Shown: positions 22,582-32,621, counted from the first letter of the stretch. The stretch is 64,000 nucleotides of DNA from Candidatus Hydrothermarchaeum profundi (GCA_002011125.2 MTMF02000009.1:460006-524005); one strand, 5' to 3'. Notes: generated by a model from the sequence alone, not told the origin. Made by a program: numbers and translations.

Positions 22582-23823
22582 CTAGAATAACCTACGCTGA
22601 GGAAACTTGAAGTTACTGAGGTTCCTTAGCCTCGTATCGTCTTCTAATACAAGCTTTATTCCTACAGGAGACACCTCAAGCTTTATCTCTTTAGTACGAC
22701 CGTACCTCCCCTTACTTACCACATGAGAGTTTATGATACCCAATAGGTCAAGTTCAGATATTAAATCTGAAACCCTTCTTTGAGTTAAAATATCAAGGGA
22801 TAAAGATTTACACATACGTTTATAGATATCGTAAACTTCCCCCGTAGTAACCATTTCCGAGCCGCGCTCCTCCAAGAGAATAATTGCATAAAGAAGTACT
22901 TTTGATTGTGTTGGAAGAGTTCTTACAACTTCAACTATATTATCTGACTCGATTTTCTCGTTCGCCCTCCTCACATGTTTTTCTGTGATAATTTCAGCGT
23001 TTTCCCTTTCAGCTACCTCTCCTGCCACTCTAAGAAGGTCTAAAGCCTTTCTCGCATCACCATGCTCACGAGCAGCAAGAGCAGCGCAAAGAGGAATAAC
23101 GAACTCATCCAATACTCCCGGCTTGAAAGCCATTTCCGCTCTCTGTCTAAGTATATCCTCAAGTTGCCTTGCGTTATACGGTGAAAATACTAATTCCTCC
23201 TCGCTTAAAGAACTTTGAACTCTAGGATCTAGGTAATTTGTGAATCTCAGATCGTTAGAAATCCCTACAATACTTACCTTAGCGTTTTTAAGTTCAGAAT
23301 TTATTCTTGTTAGATTATATACTACAGTATCACCACTTTTACTTACTAGCTTATCTATTTCATCTAGAATTATTATTACACATCTATTTTCCTCATCTAT
23401 AGATTTTTTAAAGGCGTTGTAGACTTTATCTGTGGGCCATCCAGTAAACGGTATTTTTTCTCCAAAATGTTTAGCGAGATTTGCCAAAATCCTATACTGC
23501 GTATCAGTTACTTCGCAATTTAGATAGATAGGCGTAACAGGATAGAAGTTAGTATTTTTCTTTAATGTTTCAACTAATAAATCACATACAAATTTTGTTA
23601 CAATAGTTTTTCCTGTACCATTTTTTCCATAAATTAGAATATTGGAGGGAGTTTCTCCTTTTAATGCCGGAGCAAGTATCGTAGCAAGTTGTTTAATCTC
23701 TGATTCTCTATGAGGGAGCTCTGAAGGTGTATAAGAATGCCTGAGTATATCTTTATCTTTAAATAGTGGTTCTTTCGATAGAATAGATTCAAATATGCCA
23801 CTAAACGAACTTTTAAGGTCCAT
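22582..23823 (-). CDS. cdc6: Orc1/Cdc6 replication initiator
   Basis: LPHRE; G..GTGKT; ILDEID; GDARKALDLLR; wHTH wing SKGRYGRT. Confidence 0.98.
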   Translation of the reverse strand: MDLKSSFSGIFESILSKEPLFKDKDILRHSYTPSELPHRESEIKQLATILAPALKGETPSNILIYGKNGTGKTIVTKFVCDLLVETLKKNTNFYPVTPIYLNCEVTDTQYRILANLAKHFGEKIPFTGWPTDKVYNAFKKSIDEENRCVIIILDEIDKLVSKSGDTVVYNLTRINSELKNAKVSIVGISNDLRFTNYLDPRVQSSLSEEELVFSPYNARQLEDILRQRAEMAFKPGVLDEFVIPLCAALAAREHGDARKALDLLRVAGEVAERENAEIITEKHVRRANEKIESDNIVEVVRTLPTQSKVLLYAIILLEERGSEMVTTGEVYDIYKRMCKSLSLDILTQRRVSDLISELDLLGIINSHVVSKGRYGRTKEIKLEVSPVGIKLVLEDDTRLRNLSNFKFPQRRLF

Positions 23824-24368
23824 ACGAAACCCCGGCCTTTAATTTCATGTTTTCACCCACAGCTCCATAAGAAATAAAGGTTTTCTGTAAAACTTCGTAG
23901 TAGAGATAGTTTAAATTAATATTTAATGCTTTTGTGTCGACAACTAATACTTCCTATGGAGTTAATTATCTTGAGTAATTTAAAGGGTAAGGTAGCCCCG
24001 AAAGATTGTTTAAAAAATTATTGCAAAAATATTTAATGACAAGAGGGTATTATTTCCACTGGAAATTTGACTGTTTTAATATTTCTATACCCTTATATTT
24101 CCACTGGAAATTTGCAGAATACTGTGTGTGCTTTAAATACTGGAGATATTCCAACGACAAAATTTAAAAAGGAATTTATTAATGTCTCCTTTAGCATATT
24201 TACTTCATATAATAACTTACTGTTTTTATTCAAAAATTTATCCGACTTAATAAGTTTTCAATAAATATTTATAGTAGTAAGTGAAAGAAAAGATAGGGGA
24301 TTTTTGATTAAAACTTTTTTGTAATACCATTATAGTAATTTATTTGCATTAGAAATATAGGGGTCTCT
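23824..24368. other. Replication origin (oriC) with ORB elements
   Basis: 545-bp AT-rich gap directly upstream of cdc6. Perfect 19-bp repeat TATTTCCACTGGAAATTTG at 24051-24069 and 24096-24114 (minus strand TTTCCAGTGGAAATATAAGGG = ORB). ORB-like CTCCATAAGAAATAAAGG at 23863-23880 and TTTGCATTAGAAATATAGGGG at 24343-24363. Confidence 0.88.
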
Positions 24369-24893
24369 CTAGTATTCCAGCTTATTTAGCTGTTGTCGTA
24401 ATTTATCCAATTTCACTTTTATTGGCTTTAAACCTTCAGCATCATGATTCTCAAATAAAAACCTATATAGAGAATGATATTTTATTGACAAATCAAAATA
24501 TCGTAATTCTAATTTTTTTGGGTCTTCATAGTGCTTAATTAAATCTTCCTTCAAAAAGTTGATGTCATTTTCAAGATCTTTAATTATTCTCTGTGAAAAA
24601 AGATCCCATTTAACTATAGAATGATCTCTTCTTGTAAAACCTTTTTCTATTATTATTTTACTGACAGAGTAATCTTCATAAGGTTCCGAGTTTCCTAAAA
24701 TATATCCGAGTTTATTCTCCGAATTCTCTTCTGGAAAAATCTTATAAATTATGTATTCGTTTTCAAGCTCTTCTAAATAATTATTCAATATTTTTAAATT
24801 CTTTCTGTCAGTTAGTTCATTCCAAACTATCTCAATTTCATCATTAAAAGCAATAAAGAGCGAGTATACTATAGAAAGTATTAATTTTTTCAT
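24369..24893 (-). CDS. Hypothetical protein
   Basis: 174-aa ORF 4 nt downstream of the UPF0147 gene; no recognised motif. Confidence 0.6.
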   Translation of the reverse strand: MKKLILSIVYSLFIAFNDEIEIVWNELTDRKNLKILNNYLEELENEYIIYKIFPEENSENKLGYILGNSEPYEDYSVSKIIIEKGFTRRDHSIVKWDLFSQRIIKDLENDINFLKEDLIKHYEDPKKLELRYFDLSIKYHSLYRFLFENHDAEGLKPIKVKLDKLRQQLNKLEY

Positions 24894-24897
24894 CTAA

Positions 24898-25152
24898 TTA
24901 ACTTATTTTGATAGTTTCTAATTCGCTCGACACATTCCATACGATAGTCCTAGCATGAATAGGAAGATTTCTATCGTTACTAATCTCTTCTAGTATGTAT
25001 ATTGCAGAAGAAACTCTTACCCCTAAATCCTCCTTATCGTTTAAAAGTATATTTTTTGCTTCTTCTGCCGATCTTCTAATATTTCTAGGAACAGAAGTGT
25101 CTTCAATAAGCTGATCTAAAACTTCTGCTACCTGTTTTATTTTCTTCTCCAT
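24898..25152 (-). CDS. UPF0147 family protein
   Basis: D.SVPRNIRR.A...LEEIS.D.N.P.HART..W...SELE. Confidence 0.9.
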   Translation of the reverse strand: MEKKIKQVAEVLDQLIEDTSVPRNIRRSAEEAKNILLNDKEDLGVRVSSAIYILEEISNDRNLPIHARTIVWNVSSELETIKIS

Positions 25153-25200
25153 ATCAATACCTCCATAATAATAAATATAACTCCATTAATAAAAATTACC

Positions 25201-25500
25201 ATGGAAAAGGAAAAAGCTTTGAAAGAGATGGCAGATCTTCTATTATCCAAAGCTACGATGTTAAGATACCACTGTGCGGAATGTAAATCTCCCTTATTTG
25301 AGAAAGACGGTAAGATAATATGTCCCGTCTGTGGAGAATTTGATCGAAAATCAGCGAAAGAGAAAAAGAAGAAATCCCATACTAGGGATATACTAAAGAA
25401 AAAAAGAGATGAATTGCTTAAACAATTAGAGAAGGAGAAAGATCCAAAAAAAATTTCGGAACTTGCAGAAGCGATAAGCAAGCTTGAAAAAATACTCTAA
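25201..25500 (+). CDS. UPF0148/SSSCA1-like Zn-ribbon protein
   Basis: MADLL..KATML..HC..C.SPLF...GKIICPVC. Confidence 0.85.
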   Translation: MEKEKALKEMADLLLSKATMLRYHCAECKSPLFEKDGKIICPVCGEFDRKSAKEKKKKSHTRDILKKKRDELLKQLEKEKDPKKISELAEAISKLEKIL

Positions 25501-25504
25501 AAGT

Positions 25505-27214
25505 TTATATATTCTCAATAGTAATTTCGCCTTTAAGTAGATTTTTAATTATCTTAGAAACATCTTTAATATGGACTCTAAATTGTTTCGTCGTATCTCT
25601 ATCTCTAATCGTCACCATATCGTCTTTAAGGCTCTCAAAGTCTACGGTAATAGCATACGGCACACCGATCTCATCAACTCGAGCATATCTTCTTCCAATA
25701 GAGTCATTTTCATCATAAGTGACATAAAATCCTTCATTTTTTAATGAATCATAGATTCTCTTAGCGACTTCATTAAGTTGGGGTTTATTTATCAAAGGAA
25801 ATACAGCTACTTCTATAGGAGCTAAAGGTTTCTTTAACATTAACACTACTTTATTATCCCTCTCGGTATAGGCTGTTTCTAACATGCAGTAGAGTATCCT
25901 GTCAATTCCATATGAGGGCTCTATAACATGAGGAGTTATTTTCTCTCCAGTAATAGTTTCTTCAACATACTTAACTTCTAGATATCTCTCATCCAATTTG
26001 ATTTTCTGGCCCATTATCTCAATCTCAATAAACCCAGATTCCAAAAAATCTCTGACGCCTTCATCACCGATTGAATTTATCTTATTTACTATTTCACCTA
26101 CCATTTGCTTAAACCGAGGCCCTAATTCTCGCATATTAGGGATTAAAATCTCTTTCTTTTTCTTTTTAGGCTTTGAATATTGTTTGAATGCTTTAAGTTC
26201 TGTTTTACTCTCTTTTTCATGGGATTCTAAATCATAGCAGGTTCTATCCGCTATACCTACTACTTCAACCCATCCAAATCTTTCAGTAGAAACTTCAGCA
26301 TCCCAACAATCTGCTGCATAATGAGCCATCTCATTTTGTGCATGTTGCCTAAATCTAATTTTTTGAGAGGGAATTCCAATTTCTAACAAAAATTCCTGAG
26401 TAAGAATTATTTGATAGGCCAGTAACTCATGAGCAATAATATTCTTTTTAACAGCATCTCCAGCAGTGATTATAATTTCTTTTCCATCTCTAGGAAGTAA
26501 TCTCAATTTTTTATTAGCAACGGACGAAAATCCTTTATGAGTCTTATCCTCAGGATCAACGAATATTTCAACTTCCGCCTGGCTAAACTCTCTAAGCCTT
26601 AGGAGGCCTTGCCGTGGTGAGATTTCATTTCTATAGGCTTTTCCCAATTGAGCAACTCCAAAAGGTAATTTTTTTCTATAAAAGGAATAAAGGCGATTAA
26701 AAAGAACAAACATATTTTGAGCAGTCTCCGGTCTTAAATATCCCACCTTTCTTTCTCCGGGACCAATATGTGTTTTGAACATTAAATTATAGCTCCAAAC
26801 ACCGCTAAGTTCTCCTCCACAGTCAGGACATTTTATGCGTTTTTCTCTAATTAGGTCTTCCAATTCCTTAAATGATAAACCGTCTAATTTAATGTCTAAA
26901 ACAGAAGTAATTAAATGATCAGCTCTGAAAGGAGTTCTACATTTTTTACATTCCACCATAGGATCAACAAAACTTTCTACATGGCCGCTAGCAATAAAGA
27001 CTTCTTCAGGCCCAATTGTAGGTGAAAATATTTCAAGATATCCCTCTTTAACACAGTAAAACTCTCGCCACTTGTCTTCTATCTTCTTCTTTAAAGTAGC
27101 TCCAAGAGGTCCATAGTCATAAAATCCGCTAACGCCACCATAAATCTCGAAGCTAGGCCAAAAGAATCCTCTCCGAAGGGCAAGCTCCATTACTTTGTCG
27201 TGCTTATCGGCCAA
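25505..27214 (-). CDS. glyS: Glycine-tRNA ligase (archaeal/eukaryal type)
   Basis: RRGF...SFEIYGG..G.YDYGPLG; YLRPETAQ; RNEISPRQG..RLREF.QAE; EPSYGIDR; SIGRRYAR.DEIG. TTG start after GGTGAGG. Confidence 0.97.
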   Translation of the reverse strand: MADKHDKVMELALRRGFFWPSFEIYGGVSGFYDYGPLGATLKKKIEDKWREFYCVKEGYLEIFSPTIGPEEVFIASGHVESFVDPMVECKKCRTPFRADHLITSVLDIKLDGLSFKELEDLIREKRIKCPDCGGELSGVWSYNLMFKTHIGPGERKVGYLRPETAQNMFVLFNRLYSFYRKKLPFGVAQLGKAYRNEISPRQGLLRLREFSQAEVEIFVDPEDKTHKGFSSVANKKLRLLPRDGKEIIITAGDAVKKNIIAHELLAYQIILTQEFLLEIGIPSQKIRFRQHAQNEMAHYAADCWDAEVSTERFGWVEVVGIADRTCYDLESHEKESKTELKAFKQYSKPKKKKKEILIPNMRELGPRFKQMVGEIVNKINSIGDEGVRDFLESGFIEIEIMGQKIKLDERYLEVKYVEETITGEKITPHVIEPSYGIDRILYCMLETAYTERDNKVVLMLKKPLAPIEVAVFPLINKPQLNEVAKRIYDSLKNEGFYVTYDENDSIGRRYARVDEIGVPYAITVDFESLKDDMVTIRDRDTTKQFRVHIKDVSKIIKNLLKGEITIENI

Positions 27215-27265
27215 GTTTCCTCACCAGTCTTCTAATAAGCTAACGAATATTTAGTAGACGCCTGA

Positions 27266-27502
27266 CTATTTTTTCTTTCTTTTTTTCTTGGCTTTCCCTT
27301 TTTTATCATCGTAAAGAGAAATAGGACAACTCCCTCTTCTCCGATCTAGGAACACCAATATAATTCCAGCTCCAATCAAGATAAACGGCAAAATAAATTT
27401 TACGCTCTGAAATGTTGTGATTATAAAAAGTCCTCCAAATGCACCTATCACAGCGGCTATAATTGCCCCTATGGATATCAACAGCTTTTTTGAAGATACC
27501 AT
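27266..27502 (-). CDS. Small 2-TM membrane protein with basic tail
   Basis: Two hydrophobic helices and a Lys-rich C-terminus; sits within the operon. Confidence 0.7.
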   Translation of the reverse strand: MVSSKKLLISIGAIIAAVIGAFGGLFIITTFQSVKFILPFILIGAGIILVFLDRRRGSCPISLYDDKKGKAKKKRKKK

Positions 27503-27506
27503 TGTT

Positions 27507-28355
27507 TTATCTCAACGCTTTTAATAAATTCGTATCTTTCACAATACCTATTATTCTACCCTCAGCATCTATCACAGGCACTTGTTCAATTCTTGCGTCA
27601 GCCATCCTTTTCGAGCACTCAGAAACCGGAGTCTTTCTAGTCACGGTCACGACTTTTTTAACCATTAGATCACGAACGAGTATGTCTGGAACTTCGAATT
27701 TTTTTTTCATTATATAAACAACGCTTTTACTATCCCATCCCCATCTATCGCCTTCAGTACCGCTTGATATCTCTGACTTTTCTGTAGATTCGGTTAATTC
27801 TATAACTTTAAGTATATCTGTATCTCCAATCACTCCTACAAGAGTGTTATCAGAATCCAGCACGGGCAGCGCTCTCGTTTTAGCGAGGCTCATTATTTGA
27901 TATGCAACTTTTAGGGGCGTTCCGTCCCAAATTGCGGTCAGTGAGTCGTCCATGTACTTTTCAATAGGCTCTGATATGTCCATTTTTGCAAGCGCTCTCC
28001 ATACAATATCGCTTATCGTAACTATCCCTATTAGATCAGAATTTTCCACTACAGGAAGCCTGCGGAAGCCTTTTTCTTTAAATATTTTGGCCGCTTCAGA
28101 AATATCAGCGTCAGGGGAAATTGTCATTACAGTTCTAGTCATAAGTAAAGCAAGTTGACTTTCATCGGGATTTCTAGAAAAATCGTTTCTAGTTACTACT
28201 CCCACAATCTCTTTAGTTCCTCTTTTTACTACGGGCAAACCAGAAACGTTGCTTTTTAAAAGTAATTCTAATGCATCGCTGGCATTGCCAGGAACCTCAG
28301 CATATACTACATCTTTAGTCATTATGTCTTTAACCAGCATTGGAAAAACCTCCAT
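27507..28355 (-). CDS. Four-CBS-domain protein
   Basis: VKDIMT; SGLPVV; RRLPVV; ALPV; EQVPV; GIV..TD; W.WD insert typical of the MJ1225-like family. Confidence 0.9.
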   Translation of the reverse strand: MEVFPMLVKDIMTKDVVYAEVPGNASDALELLLKSNVSGLPVVKRGTKEIVGVVTRNDFSRNPDESQLALLMTRTVMTISPDADISEAAKIFKEKGFRRLPVVENSDLIGIVTISDIVWRALAKMDISEPIEKYMDDSLTAIWDGTPLKVAYQIMSLAKTRALPVLDSDNTLVGVIGDTDILKVIELTESTEKSEISSGTEGDRWGWDSKSVVYIMKKKFEVPDILVRDLMVKKVVTVTRKTPVSECSKRMADARIEQVPVIDAEGRIIGIVKDTNLLKALR

Positions 28356-28784
28356 TTATTTATGCACTACTAATACAGGACAAGCGGAAGTCCTAACCAC
28401 TTTCTCGGTTACACTCCCTAATAAGAAGCGATCAAGTCCTGTCCTACCTGCCGTGCCCATTACTATTAAATCTACCCCTTTTTCTTTAGATATCCTAACA
28501 ATATCTTCTGATGGAACACCCTCCTCAAGTATATTCTCAAATTTTACTCGGTTCTCTTTTGCTACTTTTTCGATTTTTTCAAGAGCTTTTTTACCTTCGT
28601 CTTCAAGAAGTTCTCGCATGTTTTCCCATATTGCTTCTGTAGGCACTCCTGTGAAGGCTGATACGTCTATTACATAGAGGCCGTAGACCTTAGCATTCAC
28701 AGCCTTAGCTAACTTTACGCCATGTTCAACAGCTAGCTCTGCAGTATCAGATCCATCGGTAGGTATTAATATCTTTTTATACAT
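28356..28784 (-). CDS. Universal stress protein (UspA family)
   Basis: YKKILIPTDGS; DLIVMGT.GRTGL.RFLLGSV.EKVVR...CPVLVV. Confidence 0.96.
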   Translation of the reverse strand: MYKKILIPTDGSDTAELAVEHGVKLAKAVNAKVYGLYVIDVSAFTGVPTEAIWENMRELLEDEGKKALEKIEKVAKENRVKFENILEEGVPSEDIVRISKEKGVDLIVMGTAGRTGLDRFLLGSVTEKVVRTSACPVLVVHK

Positions 28785-29845
28785 TTTGACCCCTTAACGA
28801 GTGCCCTGATGTCTTTTATTTCGAATCTGTGTAGAATAGCTATTATCGGGTCATATATATATTTTCTGTTATGGAAAATTAAGAAGTCTGCTTTAGCTCC
28901 TTCTTTAATTGCATTATCTTCTAAACCAAGAACGCGCCTACCGTTTAATGTCGCAGCTTTCAATATCCTCTCTCCATTAAATCTATAGTCTTTGGATAGT
29001 CCTCTTATAATCTTAAACGCGAATTCCATCTCTCGCAACATATTTAATGAATTTACCATAACGTTATCAGTTCCAAAAGCAGCTAATGTATTACTTAAAA
29101 TCTCTTTAATAGGAGGGATACCCACCCCAAGCATGGCATTTGCTCTAGGGCAAAGCACTACCGGAAGATTTTTTGAAAACACTAGCTCAAGGCTTTCTTC
29201 ATTCACATTAGTTAGATGAACTAGAAAATCAGGCTCTAGTTTTAAGGCTTCCTCTAAATCATCCCTTACCTCTCCTGCGTGAATTGCCAGCAACTTTCCA
29301 GAACTTTTTACAGCGGTTGAGATTTTTTTAAGTTCAGTTTCATTATAGGAGCTGATACTGCTTATGCCGATTCCATTACTCTCGTTTAGGACGCTTTGAA
29401 TAGGGTCTCCATCAGGCCTACCGAGAATAACAGCTTCATGAAGAGGCGTTAAGCATCCTTTTAATTTTTTAATCCCTTCTACTCCCCCCTCCCTAAAATC
29501 GCAGAAAGATGTTGTTCCGCTTGAAATCATTTCTTTAAGAGAGGCTTTTATTCCAGGAATTATGTTTCTTTTAAGAATCTTAAACTTTATACTCTCTTTT
29601 CCAACCCTCTTCTCAATAGGCTCATAAGCCCCAATGTCCTGCGCGATGCCGTCTCCTAAATGTACATGGGCATTGGTAAAAGAGGGAACTACATATCCTC
29701 TTTTAACGTCGATAGCTCTCTTTTTTGGAGTTTTTCCCTCTCCTATTTCAGTAATAACGCCATCTTCTACTACTAAATATCCTCGGGTTATCTCAAATTC
29801 CTCTCCCTCTAAAATAATTGCGTTATTAAAGATCATACTTTTCAT
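28766..29845 (-). CDS. Metal-dependent amidohydrolase
   Basis: NAHVHLGD; SGTT.F.DFREGG; IHAGE; VH; CPR.N; GTDN; ATLNG. ATGA overlap with the MazG gene. Confidence 0.9.
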   Translation of the reverse strand: MKSMIFNNAIILEGEEFEITRGYLVVEDGVITEIGEGKTPKKRAIDVKRGYVVPSFTNAHVHLGDGIAQDIGAYEPIEKRVGKESIKFKILKRNIIPGIKASLKEMISSGTTSFCDFREGGVEGIKKLKGCLTPLHEAVILGRPDGDPIQSVLNESNGIGISSISSYNETELKKISTAVKSSGKLLAIHAGEVRDDLEEALKLEPDFLVHLTNVNEESLELVFSKNLPVVLCPRANAMLGVGIPPIKEILSNTLAAFGTDNVMVNSLNMLREMEFAFKIIRGLSKDYRFNGERILKAATLNGRRVLGLEDNAIKEGAKADFLIFHNRKYIYDPIIAILHRFEIKDIRALVKGSKCIKRY

Positions 29846-30129
29846 TTTTCGCATTGGCAGGGGGCTTGCCTACAGTAGTTGCACACACCCGGATATTTAC
29901 GACTCAAGGAATCCTCAAGATCTATATTAAGTAAATTTGCCAAGGAAGTTGTCCACGCGATTACATCAGCGAGTTCGTTCTCAATAGATTGAGCATCTCC
30001 TTTACGCAAGGCCTGTGAGAGTTCTCCTATCTCCTCTAAAAGCCATAGAAAAGTTTTATCAACGCCTCTCTTTTTATCTTTTTCATAGTATAGCACTCGC
30101 ATTAAGGATTGAAATTCTTTAATATCCAT
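29842..30129 (-). CDS. MazG-like nucleotide pyrophosphohydrolase
   Basis: EFQ..M...Y..KD..RG; WL.EE.GEL; ELADV.AW..SLAN; KYP..C..C...PC.C. Confidence 0.9.
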   Translation of the reverse strand: MDIKEFQSLMRVLYYEKDKKRGVDKTFLWLLEEIGELSQALRKGDAQSIENELADVIAWTTSLANLLNIDLEDSLSRKYPGVCNYCRQAPCQCEK

Positions 30130-30195
30130 TAATATCCAAATATGGTAATGGTGATAAATAATTTACTCAACGTTAAAAATAAATATGAATGAGTA

Positions 30196-30408
30196 ATGAA
30201 CCAACTCGAGAGCTTCCGGCAGAAAAAAAAGGAAATGGGGGTTACCCACAAAGAGGACATGAGGGTAATAGAGAGGCTAGTGAAGCTTAACCCGGGGATT
30301 GTCAAATGCCCTAACTGTGGAGAACCTCTAGAAGTTCATCACTGGGTAAGAGAGGAAGAAGTGAGGATACCTATTTTCAAGTGCCGTGCTTGTGGTTTTT
30401 TGGGGTAA
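30196..30408 (+). CDS. Small CPxCG Zn-finger protein
   Basis: CPNCG...CRACG. Confidence 0.7.
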   Translation: MNQLESFRQKKKEMGVTHKEDMRVIERLVKLNPGIVKCPNCGEPLEVHHWVREEEVRIPIFKCRACGFLG

Positions 30409-30543
30409 CCTAAGATAAACAAAAAACGAGGTGATAACGCCTCGTTAATTAACTTATTTTATAGTTTATTTAGGAACTCTAGAATCTTATTTCACCAAAA
30501 CAAGGGCAAGGAATATATATCCACAAATTGGACATTCTCGGAC

Positions 30544-31032
30544 ATGCATTTTAGTAACTATATTAGCAAAGCTGCCGCAAAAAAATGTTTAAGAAATGTA
30601 GCCGAAGTTTCGGTTACACCTACAGCTTTGAAGCAAACTCCGAAAGAGAATTTAAAATTTCTTGAAGAAAATGGAATTAAAATACGCATAGTTAATAGGC
30701 GGGGTAGACCGAGGAGGCTAGTTGAAAAGGATATTAGGAGAATACTAGCGATTAGAAGGGACAGTGGGCTGAGCTTTTATAGGATCTCTAGAATGTTAGG
30801 CATCCCAAAAAGCACGGTATTTGACTATTTTAGAAGATATTCTACCGAGGAACTTGATGGCAAATATATAGAGGAGCTTAAAATAAGTGAGGCGAGGTCT
30901 TTATTTCACCAGCTAATGAAATCCGATATAGACGATCAAATAATTGCTCTAGCTAAGCAGGGTTATGAAAGCAATGACTTAGCGGAGATAGAAGAAATAA
31001 TGAGAGAGATAAAGGAGTTAATTTTTATATAG
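30544..31032 (+). CDS. DNA-binding protein with RGRPR motif and resolvase-type HTH
   Basis: RRGRPRRL followed by GLSFYRISRMLGIPKSTVFDY; no recombinase catalytic domain. Confidence 0.7.
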   Translation: MHFSNYISKAAAKKCLRNVAEVSVTPTALKQTPKENLKFLEENGIKIRIVNRRGRPRRLVEKDIRRILAIRRDSGLSFYRISRMLGIPKSTVFDYFRRYSTEELDGKYIEELKISEARSLFHQLMKSDIDDQIIALAKQGYESNDLAEIEEIMREIKELIFI

Positions 31033-31053
31033 TTAGGTTTAAAAATCTGATAT

Positions 31054-31221
31054 ATGGTAAAGAGGAAGAAAAGCAAAGTTTCAATGCCCGCGTCTGGCGC
31101 TGGTCTAGTTCGGTATGTGGACGAGGAGGGTAGGGGAATAAAGTTCAAGCCTGAGCATGTCCTCGCTGCCGCAGTGGGATTTATAATAATAGAAGTAGCG
31201 CTGAAGATGGGGCTTATCTAG
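31054..31221 (+). CDS. secG: Preprotein translocase subunit Sec61beta (SecG)
   Basis: Below the track length cutoff. Translates as MVKRKKSKVSMPASGAGLVRYVDEEGRGIKFKPEHVLAAAVGFIIIEVALKMGLI (AGLVRY..EE...I...P signature plus one TM helix). Confidence 0.93.
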   Translation: MVKRKKSKVSMPASGAGLVRYVDEEGRGIKFKPEHVLAAAVGFIIIEVALKMGLI

Positions 31222-31268
31222 TTTTGAAGTAACTTTAGCATTATAGTTACATAAAAAGGAGCACTTAA

Positions 31269-31973
31269 ATGAAGATTGCCATAACTAGACCCCGAGAGAA
31301 GGCGGATGAAACAATTAAGAGGGTAGAAAATAAGGGCTGGAAGGCAGTAATAATCCCTGGAGTCGAGATAATCCCAAGGGCCGAAGAAGAAGTTAAAAAA
31401 GAAATAGGAAGGTTAGAAGAATATCACTGGCTTATTCTTACTAGTGCTTCAGGTGCTGAAATAATGTTGCAATATTTTGGTGAAGAGTTAAAAAAGGTAA
31501 AGTTAGCTGTGATAGGACCAAAAACTAAGAAAGTATTAGAAGAAAAAGGTGTTAATGTAGACCTCGTACCTAAAGAATATAAAGGAGAAAATTTGGCAGA
31601 AGAACTGATATCGCGAGGGGTAGATGGTACAAAGATTTTAGTTGCAAGAGCGTCTATTGGGAGAGAGGTTTTAATAGAGAGGCTTAGAAGACATGCTGAG
31701 ATAAATGAGGTCGTGCTTTATGATGTTGCACAGCCGAGGGATATCCCAGACAGTAAGATAATGGATGGGGTAGATGCAGTAATTTTTACTAGCTCTCAAA
31801 GTGTTAAAAACCTATACAAGGCATGGGGAGAAGAGTTCGGTAAACTCCTTAAAAATAAGAAAATTTGTGCGATAGGGCCTATAACCGCCGGAACCTTAAG
31901 AGGATTAGGTGTAAGAGTGGATGTAATGCCAGAAGAGTATACAGTTGACGCTTGTCTGGAGGCCCTACGATGA
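31269..31973 (+). CDS. hemD: Uroporphyrinogen-III synthase
   Basis: IAITRP; LTSASG; VIGPKT; FTSS; AIGP.TA. Confidence 0.93.
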   Translation: MKIAITRPREKADETIKRVENKGWKAVIIPGVEIIPRAEEEVKKEIGRLEEYHWLILTSASGAEIMLQYFGEELKKVKLAVIGPKTKKVLEEKGVNVDLVPKEYKGENLAEELISRGVDGTKILVARASIGREVLIERLRRHAEINEVVLYDVAQPRDIPDSKIMDGVDAVIFTSSQSVKNLYKAWGEEFGKLLKNKKICAIGPITAGTLRGLGVRVDVMPEEYTVDACLEALR

Positions 31974-32248
31974 GAGACAAGATTGTTATTTGGCCAGCGT
32001 ATATAGATTCTCATAAATCTAGATCAGAGGGAAGAAAAATATCAGAAAAAGAAGCTATACCCTCTCCTACACTTGAGGAGATTAAAGCCGCTGCGGATAA
32101 AATTGGACTTAATCCCATTGTGGAAAAAGATAAGGCCTTTCCTAGGGAGTGGTGGGAGGTGAGTGGAAGAGTTCTAGTTGATAAAAGAAAGCCAAAGAGT
32201 TTGTTGCTTAAGGATATAGCCCGCGAAATAAGAAGGAGTAGAGGATAA
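31970..32248 (+). CDS. srp19: Signal recognition particle protein SRP19
   Basis: IVIWPAYIDS.KSRSEGRK; K.FPR.WW..SGRV.V; K..LL..IA. ATGA overlap with hemD. Confidence 0.95.
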   Translation: MRDKIVIWPAYIDSHKSRSEGRKISEKEAIPSPTLEEIKAAADKIGLNPIVEKDKAFPREWWEVSGRVLVDKRKPKSLLLKDIAREIRRSRG

Positions 32249-32539
32249 ATGTCAGTGAATATTAATCTATCCAATATAAGAAAATGTATATGCGGTAAAT
32301 GTCCTAGTTTTCCTGGAAAGTTGAACGAAATTGTTAGGTTCACGATGCCCGGTCTTTACTGTGCTGCTGGTAAAAGCCGATCAAAAATAGAAAGAAAAGG
32401 CTGTATTTGCAAAGATTGTTTGGTGCAAATTGAAAACAGTTTATTAGGGTCCTATTACTGTATAGGTGGAAGGGCATATGTGGAAGCGCGTGAATTGATT
32501 GATAAACGAGACAAGCCCATATCTACTATAGCACGCTGA
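32249..32539 (+). CDS. Cys-rich DUF2769-like protein
   Basis: C.C..CPS; LYC..GKS; GC.C..C.V; YYC..G. Confidence 0.75.
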   Translation: MSVNINLSNIRKCICGKCPSFPGKLNEIVRFTMPGLYCAAGKSRSKIERKGCICKDCLVQIENSLLGSYYCIGGRAYVEARELIDKRDKPISTIAR

Positions 32540-32621
32540 TAGTCATCATAAAATTATATTTCTGTAATAGGAAATGAAGCCTTTGAGAAGGCAGAAAAAG
32601 ACGGTAAAGCTTAGTTCCGAC

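Noticed and set aside
24067-24264. 65-aa ORF in the region upstream of cdc6
   Set aside because: TTG start, low-complexity product, overlaps the ORB and unwinding elements.
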